A stretch of 64,000 nucleotides of DNA, from NCBI GenBank assembly GCA_002633005.1, contig NMRA01000388.1:248001-312000 (forward strand), given 5' to 3'. A program made the position numbers and the translations under genes. Origin of the DNA: Phoronis australis. Lineage: Eukaryota; Animalia; Phoronida. Under the pieces are notes generated by a model that was not told where the DNA came from, ran no database searches, and saw nothing but the letters and a program-made list of their open reading frames with translations. This document shows, in pieces, positions 43,301 to 55,300 of the stretch (position 1 is its first letter; every line of letters starts with the position of its first letter).

Positions 43301-46300
43301 ATTTTTTTAAAAGTGTAACTTTGTTCAATTGTTGAACATGTTTGTCAAAATGTGCACAACTTTCCATTGTCATAATCTCTTCTAGGAGATATTTGTGGTA
43401 ATAAAAGAGGGAAATGTAGCCTCGTCTTCAAATACATTAGCATTATTTTTGTCCAACTGCCTACTGGGTCTTAACTTTGACGACACCAGACAAATTTCAC
43501 CCAAGTTCAATTACAACCCTTCTCCTCCAACCACTAAACAAAAAATGTTCTTTAATTTAATAAATGTTGAAACTGAGCATTTGGCAGGAGCATAACGAAA
43601 TGCATTAACAATAACATGTGAGAATCTAAATTGTCAACAAACCTTCAATTGATATCGCAATAGGACTGGTGTTTGTGTTGTCAAAGTTCCTGCCAACTAC
43701 AGTGATCTTGGTCCCACCCTGTGTACTGCCGACACTGGGGCTGACACTCACCACCTCTGTAACAGGAATCGGGTTAGTCACCACCCGTCAACATTAGCAA
43801 GAGTTAACAACATTCAAAAATGAAAAAGCGAGACATCTGGATATAGCCCATACTGCAATGTTCATCGTAACATGCAGAAACATTCCAATGACATTTTTTG
43901 TTAAGTCGTGCCCATGAAATGCAATGGGAAAATAGGTGGTGCAAACTGAGGACAAAAATTCCAATAATATGCATATTTTGTGATGTTTGTCAAAATCTGA
44001 AACTTTTTAGTATTGTAGTGGGACCAATTAGCTTTCCGTTCAGCCAAAGCTACACACTAGAGAAAGCTTTATTTTCAACTTTGTTAAATTAGCATATAGG
44101 TCTCAGTATGGCGTATAAATGTTTTCTTTAATGTTTTCTGTTTCTGTTTCTGTTGACAAAGGAAGTTATTACATCCGAAAATTTCAAATTTCAGTTGATC
44201 CATTCTTGTTGTTTTATTTACCCGATTTATATTCTTTAATATATAACTTAAGTAGACTCAACCATATGTTTTTGTTTTGTAAGAGCTATACCATAGCTAC
44301 CAAATACAATACGAACATTTGTGGACATTGACAGAGGTAAGAGAAGAAAATTTAAAATACGAGAAACAAAAGTATGATCATCTCACCTGCGTACTGTTGG
44401 AACATTTCAATTTTTCCGATGGCGTTTATACGCAGTATGTTATCCCACGTTTCGCCAGATGCCTTGGAATAGGGGCCAGTGCGACCTCTACCACCTGATT
44501 CTATTAGAGAAATGTTCACGCCACCTGTTGGGAAAGTAGGATATTAAAAGCTGCATTTTGCCTTGTTTAGCTGTCAGAAAACAAAAAAATCAATTTACGC
44601 CTTTCATTCTCAAAGAAAGTCTCATAAATATTCCGTAACGTGTTAGAATTCCATTCCTGTTAACAACAAGAACATCAAAAACATCCCTAGAAAACGTTTC
44701 AGAGTTTATTGGGATTGGTAAAAGTAAAATTGCGAAATCGAAAATGGCGCGTGTACGCATTGCATGTGACTTTAGTCGCAGACCACCAAGCACCAATTCA
44801 AGATAGGGATGGAAGTTGCCCCATATCAATTGGTGTCCAAAGTCATAAAGGCATTTCGGTGAGAACGTATCAGCTTAAAGTTGCTATCACATTATTACAT
44901 ATTCAACCTAAATGCAGCACTAATAGTCCATATTAAGCTAAAGACTATCTTAACAAACTACAGATTCAAGTGAACACAAATCCTGAGATACGGTTGTCTC
45001 AAGTATGACTGGTCACATAACGCAGGCCCTGGATCATAATCATTTCAATGGTGTTGCCTTGTACTTATCTTTCTATTTTGCCTTCATAAAAAGTCATTAA
45101 TTCACAGATTAACCCAAGTTAGGGTTCACAATATCCTCCCAGAAGCCAGCCTGGAATGCAACGTCCTATAGTTTTGACGAGTTGGTGTGCTTAGTTGGCA
45201 ACTAGGCATGCCAGCCTGCTGTTAATCCCCTCTGGAAACTATGGTGGACAGCATCAAAACAGAACATCTGGAACATTTCCACCAGATGGCAGTACTGGCA
45301 TCATTATGTTGGATGTTTACTGGATGAATGATGAAATTGTACCATCTACCTTCTCTTGTTTACCACAGTATAAATAAGGGAAGGCATAAACTCACCAATC
45401 TCATTGCCCATAACTTTGCAGTAAGCGTATCCCCAGTCAGAGTGTTCACTGTCCACCTTAAGGAGGTCAGCTTGGCTGAAAAAAGAAGGTGCACATAGTC
45501 AAAATTTGTAATGACATGAATCACGACAAATGGTCAGTGTCCAGCTCCAAAATCAGAGACAGTTCACCATGTTCCTATTGCGCTCACTCAAACGTAACAG
45601 GATTATATGTTCCTGGAAGCCAATTTGCCTGGTATCCAGTGGTACAGCCAGTTGGCCACCACATTATTACAACCCACCAAATGTTTACCTAGAGAAAGTG
45701 GATCAACTAAATAGGTTCCAGCATAATCAGCTGCCATCTGGGGGAAGATCTTGACTAACAGAGTTGAACTTTTCCGAGGAAACAAGGTCAAGAAGTCAAA
45801 GTTCAAGCCATTACACAAACAAGAGCTAAAATTGTAGTTTTAAGTGAAAGTGAATGCAAGTTATTTTGGGCAGATTATGAAGTTACTACATTCATATTTC
45901 TGAGTCAATAATTCTCCATATTGATCCCCCATACTTTCAGATTGACTGCTACTATGGTAAGGCGATTTGAATTCTTCTTGAAAATTCCTTTGTGAAATAA
46001 TGGAGAACTCATCATAATTCGACCCGGGATCTCCTTGTTCGCAGCTTAATACTTTACCGCTGCGTTATAGAACTCAAAGGCCTTTAAAAGCCTGTTGATG
46101 AAATCCTATTTGACAGGTTGGAGGTGATAATGAAGACACCAGGTTCAAGACAATGGATTTATATTGAAAAATAAGTACCGAGAGAGCTATTTCATTCACA
46201 GGAATATATAACTACGCTGCATAGTAATACGATACTACAACATCTCTCCTCTTAAGCAAAAAGGGTTGTAAAACAATAAACAAGTGTGTGTGTGTGTATG

Positions 46301-49300
46301 TGTGTGTGTGTGTGCGTGCGTGTGTGTGCAGTGGTCTGATGTCATTTGCACAGCATCAGACATGCGCTGGCCTCATGGTTGGGCCCCTGCACAAATCACC
46401 TGAGCTAAAAGCACGAGAGCCCTGTTATGGCTCCTCGTAAATCAAGTTTTCAAGTCTGCCCGTCTCCTTAACGAAATTGGACAGACTCTGGTTTAGCTGT
46501 TACTGGTCTATTGGGAGAATCCTCTGATGTCTTGTTTCATGTTGTGTGAGCAGGCTTGTCGTCCCTGAAATGGACATGGCATCGTGTTCCGCGGATGGTG
46601 TCTGTTATGACGAAGCCTAAAGTCCTTTGTCAGTATGTGAATTCTTCAGCTGGTCTGTTGTCATGAATCGTGTTGTCTTTACTTTGTCAGCATGTACTGT
46701 GATGAGTCTTGAGTTTCTCACTACAAGGTAGACCAACAACAGCTGGACCATGGACATCCAGAATATAGAATGCTGTGGGGTCGCATGTACAGTCACGGCG
46801 CTGTCTATCTATGTTGATATGTCCAAGACATAGGATAGTGCAACCACTGTAGGGATGAGTTTTATGCACTATGCACTATGCACTATGCACTATGCACTAT
46901 GCACTATGCAGGATGCAGGATTTTGAGCACGTCTGAAGACTTGCCATCTGTCTGAAGGTACAAAGCAGTAATATGATGCCTGAAGCACAGGAATCTATCT
47001 TCAATCTCAGTGTGTGGCTCCATGGTCGAAGACTGCATATTGGGTGGTTTGATATTTAAGATGGCATGGCTTCATCTCGTGTCATGCTGTCTAGACATCT
47101 AGTGCTCAATGTGTAACTGGATAAAATTCCTTTTGGTATGTCTCATCGTTGGTGTCTTCGATGGCATCGATGTTTTTGTGAGACTTCTTCTGCTGGTAAG
47201 AGTGGTGTGTCTGATCAGACCTGGTTTGCGATTTTCTGCGTCGCCCGCGGGAAGAATGACGTCGCTGTTGCTGCTGTTTGTGTTTTTTTCAACCGCAACC
47301 TGCCCAGTGCCCCTTGCTTCTACATGACTACTGGACACTGCCTGGGCTTGTGGTTTAGCTCGCAGTTTGTGCAGGATCGCGATCAGGTTCAACTTCAGAG
47401 GTTCACTAGTAGTTCTTGTTAGAAAAATTATATTTTGGGGCCAATGAGAGTGCGCCGGTTATAAATTCGTCTGTGTTTTCACTTAGTTTTCCTGATACGG
47501 CTTGTACGCGGAAATTGACTGACTTTCAGTTAACTCTCAAAAAATCCAAACTTTGGACCAAAGCAAAGCTCGGCAGATTAACTTTTGTCAGCGCCGGGTT
47601 TAATTGGCTGGCATTCAGCCGTTTCAAACCTTCATCTCTGATACCGCGGAGGATTTCACGGACTGTTTACCTGCGTCCTCTTTATAACCATCTTCTATGT
47701 ACAGTGTCATTTCTTGTATAAATAACGTAAAGTTTTCACTTAGATCGTCGCCGTCCCAGGCCATGTTCGGTATGGAGGCCGCCATATTTGTTGTGATCCA
47801 GGGTCAAGGTCACAGGCCCAAATGTTCGAGACAGCACACTCGGATCTAATTTTAGATTGTTTGGGAAATTGCGCGAACTTCAGACAATACGAGAGACAAG
47901 GGCGCATTGTGTCGGTCCGTGTGTTAGTTAATTGTCCGCTCTATTCTCCTATCCTCGAACAGGGATAGTTCGTGGATAGGCTTACATTATAATTATAGGC
48001 CTAGTCCTTTTTTAGTACTTTTCTACATTTCCGCTGATAAGCTCCCCCGATGAAACACCAATCTGTGGGCGTTTATTTGGATTTTTCCGAATAAAGGTCC
48101 ATGAGCGTTTATATGGTTTTACAATTTGTGTTGTCAAGTTTCCAGATAGTGGAGTGCTTATTCGGAAAATTTCCTTTTAAAAGCCTACTAAGCGCCAACT
48201 TTTAGCCACTAACTTAATTCCGGCACTGTGGAGTACATATCAATTATAAAAGCGAACAAAGTGTTGGCAAACTATATATTTATTAACTTAAAATCATAAA
48301 GCACAGTTACATGCAAAAAATAGCGCATATTTTCATAATAGCCGATGCTATGACTTTGCGTTTACACACGCTCCCCCGGCCCTTTCCGAACAACAAAAGG
48401 CAGCGGCTTTGGTTTATAAGAAACGCCTGAAAATTTTCATTTTCCAAATACACGCCCATGGGCTCATCTATGGAAAATCTCGGTACGAAGCTGTGGTCAG
48501 CTGGTCAAGTTACAAGCAGGCAGGCGGGTTAATCACGAACAATGGCGCGTCCTCACACTTTCACAAGGTCGGCCCTGGGCGATCCGCAGGGATGATTGGA
48601 TTTTTACCGCTGCCCCCATGAAGTAATATTTGACTATGCTACATAGTAAATACAATACTACAACAATTGATGTCATTCGGATTCTGACGTCACAAGCGTA
48701 AAAATTAAACCACCGAGAGAATGCAAACCTGCATCCGTCAACAGGATATCACAGTTCCCACCGTCACGTTTTGTACTGGTCTGCCTTCAAAGGCTACAGT
48801 GTCCATAGCCAACACTCAGCTCAAATTCTTAACTTTCATCGTACGGAGCGCTGGTTTACCGGCCACTATGTCGTTCGTTAACTTCCGATACACCTCACTT
48901 TGCACAGGCTTTAGCGCGCTTGCAATCACAATTGACGCCCCATTGTTTTGCATTTAGTATGACCTCTGTATGTCCACAAAACATGATATCATTCGCAAAA
49001 TAAAATCGATTGTTCCTTCGTCCAACCCGATCTAATCCTGGAAGTTTTTTCAAAAATTTTCCACGACGTTAAAGATTGACTCAACAAGTAATCAACATAC
49101 GACCGAAAGCCCAAACAGCCTCCTTTCATGATGTAATTCATAACAGAATGATAATGACTTTCATCGAGGTCATTGTGTTGGTATTTAGACCCAAAAATGG
49201 GATAATGGCCGAGGTTCCTCAGCCGAGTTGTTATCAGCTGTAACCGCATTCATATTTACATATTAAGATGTTTCAAAAGGAGATAAAAACATTCAGCGAT

Positions 49301-52300
49301 GACGTTTACTTTACAAAGACCAGCACTTACATTCTGCATTCTTGAGATCCAGCGATGCCCCTAAAATATAACAACGGAATACATTCAAAATCAAAACACT
49401 CATTGTGAAAAGAGATAAAATGAAAGAAAGACGCAGAATGTCTTACTTAGAAAAGATTTTAAAAACGCATTGTGTTACTGAAAGCGATACATAGTGCAGG
49501 TACACATTGGCTGCACCAAGTGAACCGGCTAATGTAAAACATCTATTAAATAGTTTGTTCGTCACACAACGTCATCGAGAGCCCGGATGAATCGCTGGAA
49601 TGCAGCCATTCAATTTTTGCTAATTTTATGACATAGTAAAGTAGAAAGGACGTAAAGAACCTCACGCAAACGTCGACCAAGCCATACCAGTTCCAGTCAC
49701 AACGCTACACAACAGGCAGTCCACGAAATTGCTTTTTCATGCACAACATTTTAACAAACAAAAACTCAACCATATGCACAGTGTAAGGTTTACCTCAGTT
49801 AAGCATCACATTCTATATGAGGTAAAATAACTTTTAATTTTTCCATTTTTAAAGGAGCACACGCAATCTAGGGTATGATACCCGTATTTAAGCAGTGTGT
49901 TCTTGGGTCATTTTCACCTTTTTAGGAACAATTCGCCTTTAGGCAAAGTCTTTTCATTCTTCGACCAGTTATTTTGTGGCTACACAGGCGCGCACTTCTA
50001 AGACAAAGAAAACCCCCAAGTCTTTCAAGATTACACGTAAATTAATACAAAAAATGCCTGACAAGGAAGGTAAATTGCACAGTGGATTTAACTTTGTTGC
50101 CACAAGAATGGTGAAGCTACTTTGTCACAGATAGCCCATGATTAGAAATTTGCAATTAACCAGAAGTGATGCTTTAGTAATTTGGGAAATTTATAAATCC
50201 TTTCTGTCCTTCGTCAACACCAGCATCATCACAACCCGACGCTTTCAAAAACAACTCCCAAGTCAGAATTTCGACATCCTTTTTCGATCGTTTTAGATCA
50301 AAATTCTCTTACCAAAAAAGTATGACCAAGAATACATTCGCAAACTGGGGGTATACAGTGCAATATTTGCACCAAAATATTCTTGTATTTGTGTTCAATA
50401 TTGTCTTGAAAGATAAGACAAAAGGCTAATAACCATTTGTTGGAGATAATCTATTTATTGCATGGGAATACAAGAAGTTTCTTTTTACACGGCTTACATG
50501 TATTTGAAAGACCATAAAAATTAACAAAAAACTATTTATTTATTTATTATTGTGATATTTAAAATGAGGGTGGCCACTTCAGTGATAGCACTGCTTTCCA
50601 AGAGGGCCATCCACTTTAAACACCAACACTCAAACACATGATTTGAATTAAAATAAATAATTTAAAATAACAAGCCATTTTATTTTTTGTTCGGAAAATG
50701 TCAGAAATCTACGGACCTCGTGAACTTGATATCGATTCCCTCGTGATCCTTGTGTGGTCTTGTGTTGACAGTGTTACTCCCGTAAGCGTCTGTGTAAAAC
50801 ACACCACGCATTTTTAGCAGGGTTTCACCTGTAATACAAATTACAATGACGAAATTTATAGTATTCACACATGCTGCGCCATGTTTGCTGAAAAGCCTGA
50901 GCTGTGTTTACAAAATCCATCTTAAGCCATGTTTGAAAAGCCTGAGCCTCATTTGGTTTACATTTTATGGGCGAAAGACAAGTCGTTGAAATGGTGTCGC
51001 GTAACAGTACCGAGTCTTTATTCTTTGTGCGAAAACGGACGTTGACGCGGTCAGTACTGCAAACACTGCGAGACTGTAGGTTTGGGACCTGTGACTTAGC
51101 ATGAAGAGTACGACGCGGTTTAAGTAATATTTAAATTTGCAGAACACTAAGAACTAAAATCGTCACAGGTGTAGATAAGAGATAGCTCGACAACGTTGTG
51201 TAAAAACAATTCCTTCGGTGATATACTGAAATGCAGCATCGGTTGCGCGTAATCGGCGTACAGCAGTTGTCAAATTGCGTGCATGTCCTCAGTTTGTACT
51301 GCCTTGGGCGAGTCCCCCGGTGCTACCGATTTCCATCGAGAACGTGGGATATCACGTGGAATCTATTCTGAGACGTAATGACACAAGTTTCCGTTTATTC
51401 GTAATTACGGCTTGCACATCTCAACGTAGAGACTCTTTGGAAAGTACAGACTCCAAAAATCTCTCGACAGCACACGGTTGTTCAGTCGCACACGAGCACA
51501 TCATATCAATAAAATGTAAAGGCGATCACCCCTTTACCATTTAAGGTTATAAAAACCTTATCGGCAAGCCTATGCATTTAGCAAAAAATATCCAGAAAAC
51601 TATAGACTTTAATCTCCATAAAAGTTTATATTTTTTGAAAGTAGAAAGTGTGCAGAATTTGATCCTTGACTTTTTACTAATCTGTTATGAATCGGTTCAC
51701 GTGGCCATGTTTTTTCAGACAAGTTTATCAAAAAAGAAAGGTGCATTAATACCAAAACAGCGGCATCAAAAAATGATCAAATTTTGTTTGATATAAATAT
51801 CAGAATCTTTGTTACAATTTTCTAAAATGTCATTTGGTTTCGTTTTATACAACTTCAAAGATTTTTCATGAAAATCAAAAAGCTCTATTTATGATAGCCC
51901 TTCATGTAAACGTGGAACAATTCCTTACAGCATGCAAAAATATTAGTGTCTGAAAGCTTCATATGAATCCAGTCAGTCACACCTGAGATATGGTGTTCTG
52001 AAGTTAGCGGTAAAATTCGGCTATTTTTATTGGGTTCTACACAACCTGAAATACTTCTCGTCCATTACACTGAACACTCTAAACACTACAAATGATTAAA
52101 CCTTGGATTGTATTTTACACACCTCCTGCTGGTCCAGACCTTGGTAAGATGTTGTAGATGTATGGACTCAGCCATTTCTGGACCTAGAAAACGAGCAACA
52201 ACACGTGAATTTAAAGTCACTAAAGACTTTGTCTTCATGCATCACATACTTTCCATGCATCGTTAGGAAAGACGTATATCTATACATGTTTATCTGAAGG

Positions 52301-55300
52301 TGCAGTATCATTGGCATACGTTGGTCCAAGAGGTTTATACTGTGTTAATGGGCACACTGTTTCATAGAGTATGTATCAAGGATTAGATTATTTCTAACTT
52401 TAATAACAAATGACTAGGTTCTACGAAGACAAAAAAGCTCTGTAAAAAGATTTCGAGCCCCACAACAATCATTCTGGGGGCTAACCCCCGCAGCATTCCT
52501 TAGATGTTTTTTTTTCAATGTATTTGTTTGATATTCTCGTTGCAGGAATTAATTCATTTGGTGTATATACATGTAAGCGCACGCATGTGTGTGCGCGAAT
52601 GCTACTCAGCGTTTTATACACGTAATAAGAAAACGTGTTACGTGAAAATCTTGCATTTTCTCTTGTGCACTAATGCCAGTTGCAATGTTAACCAAAAATC
52701 TGGAGGTTCAAATTGAAGAATTGTAGCGATACTCTAAACAGTTACTTGTTTCGTCGCCTTTAAACCATGTGAAATAGCAATTTAAATAACTTCGAAAGTG
52801 TTCTCTAACAGCAAGACTCGACCTTGTCTATCCTCAGACAGACCTTATGTAGACTTACTGTCGTGGAAGTGGGCCCAGTATTGTGAACTATCCAAAAAAA
52901 CTTGCTGAAGATTTAGACGTTCAAAGAATTACATGTCCAGCCGAATTACACAGATTAATTGTACATTCTTTGGTAGGTTAATAAGCTCCTTATTCACAAT
53001 CAATGTGTATCCTAATGTTGCTTTTTAATCAATAATGTTGAACTGTTTCCCAGGCAAATGAAACAATTTGACGCGAACAGATTTTGCAGGTAGGCGAGCA
53101 CGACGAGTAAAAACATGACGTTGACTTGGAACAACTGAATTTCTGTAGTAGATTGGTAACTATAAAATTAAATTCAGCATAATCTCTCACTCCAAAAAAG
53201 CTTTGCATGTATTTGACTGAATGCAGAAATTTGCTTATCAGATTGCACAAACACTTCCAATCATTCGTCACCAAGTTTTTCAATTACTCGATCAAGAACA
53301 ACCTTGAAGCAAACTGTTACAGTCGTGTTGAACTTTTTGCAGATGACGCTAGTCAAAGGTGTAAAATCTTTGCTACAATCTGATAACTTAACGAGCGGTA
53401 ACATTATTTCGTCGCAAGTGGTCTTATGGCAAATATACCAACAAAACAATGAAACATAAATGTAAGCCCCTCTCTGCTCTTGTTGGAGATGGTGTACAGT
53501 CGTTTTTAAGTATTTTGCCAGAGGGGTCGAAAAGACTAAATCCGAGTGCACAATCAAAGAGCAAAAGAAAAGAGATTTTGAAGAAAATTAGACAAAACTA
53601 AAACGTATTCTTGTCATGATGGTACGTTGACAAAATTTGGCGTTACCGAGTTCATCTTGAAAACTACTGTATGCGTCATTGTTAACCTGTTGATAAGATT
53701 TTCTTAATTTTGTTTTCGTGTACAAATGATAATAATACTCCCAGAAATTGACTTACATAGACGCGACAGGAATAAGCTGTAGGTCGGTTGTTACAGATTC
53801 TTTTGTTATGGACGTCCACCCCACGAACACGCACCCTTACATGATAAGTATCAATTTCCATTTCACTGGAAAGGAAGAATATCATTATTATTATTACACT
53901 TATTATAATCGTCCAATGACAATGTGCCTTGTGTACGCCTGTAGGAAATTTTAAATTTCCCAGTTATTTTCGAAACAGAACGTCAACATGAGAAGAAAAG
54001 CAGATAATTCAGTAAAAAACAGCAATATGGCGCTTTAAAGGGTTTATACGTTTAACGTTTCAGTGGAATAATATATGCACATTTTCTAGGTCTTGTGTTT
54101 GCTGACCGCACAACGCATAGTCAACTGAATACACGAAATTAAGTGATAGTGGAACAAAGCTTACCAAAAATCTGAAAAAATAAATGTGCGCAGACTTGAC
54201 AGCGTACAGGTCAGGAACCTGTTGCGTCGTGTGAAATTCGCCACAAATATGCTCTAGTGGCAAAAGCGATTTTCCTCTCAGAAGTATTTGCTTTTTAAGA
54301 CACCGTCATCGTGTCTTTATCGTTTGCATGGTGACTTGAAATTTACAAAAAACTGCCTAGAATTCCTTTGACAGCCATAGTGCTTCGGCAGCCGAAGGTA
54401 TAAGCCGCTGTGACAAGCAAACATGTTTTTTTCCAAATACGAGATCATGGACTAATATTCGGCTTCTAAGAAATGAGCTTTCAGGTGGTGGGATTCTACT
54501 ATAGCCAGTGCAGCTTGGGATGAAGAAAACTACGTCAGGTCTAGTTTCATAAAAAATTCACAAAATCGTCTTTTTATGTTTCGAAACCGTATTGCGACTT
54601 AGAAGCTCTAAAATCTTGCAGTGTCTTTGGTGATGACAAATGCATGAGTCGACATAAATAGTTGTTCATTAGTTATCTTTGTTGAGAACTTTGATTAGAA
54701 TATTCATTACATTTCCGCTATGTTATGCTTTAACAGAATAGTACTGATGAGTGTGATCACTATAATTTCAAGAGAATAGAATTGAAGTAAGTTCTTCTTC
54801 AAGTCCACCTTCAACAGTAACACGCGTCAAATTTGGTTTGATACAATATCTTTTGAGCATCACTCTGTGTACAATACCATAAATTGCTACGAACGGTGAG
54901 GCTTCCTTATTTACACTCGACTACGACGCCGTAATACTTATTAATTTTGATATTCTACTTAGACCGCTAATCGATACTTAGTGGCTTTAGCCTGTCAGTC
55001 TTTGTTCATTGGCCTCACGGTGGCGCAAGATTATCATTTTACAAACCTATTTGTGACTAATTAAATTGAATTTTCGTACCTTGCTGCAAAGTATTCGTGG
55101 GACTTCCTGGGTAACACAATACGCCAAATATTCATTCAAGAAAGTCTTTAAAGTAATTACGATCGGTTCATGGATTGCACGTTATTCAACTCGTACGCGG
55201 AGTAGCATGCGAAAGTGAGAACATGTTTTAAATGCAACTTTTTATTAATATAAACAATGAATTTCTCCACGAAATCAACACTTTGCAATTACAGGTTGGC

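Larger units (their letters stand above)
46093..48665 (-). mobile_element. Degenerate, internally deleted Ty3/Gypsy LTR retrotransposon
   Basis: 3' LTR 46093-46242 (TGTTG...CAACA) preceded on the minus strand by PPT AAGAGGAGAGA. Partial second LTR copy ends at 48665. Gag Zn-knuckle remnants CTNCELNHKPRQCP and SCRSKGHWAGC (about 47290-47375). Protease remnants LRLKIDSCAS and FYILDVHGPAVVGLPCSEKL. Integrase-tail LRHNRHHPR (46589-46615). Confidence 0.8.

Noticed and set aside
50525-50620. Possible LINE 3' tail (TATT repeats plus a GGGTGGCC...GGCCATCC stem)
   Set aside because: Too short to assign to a family without a search.
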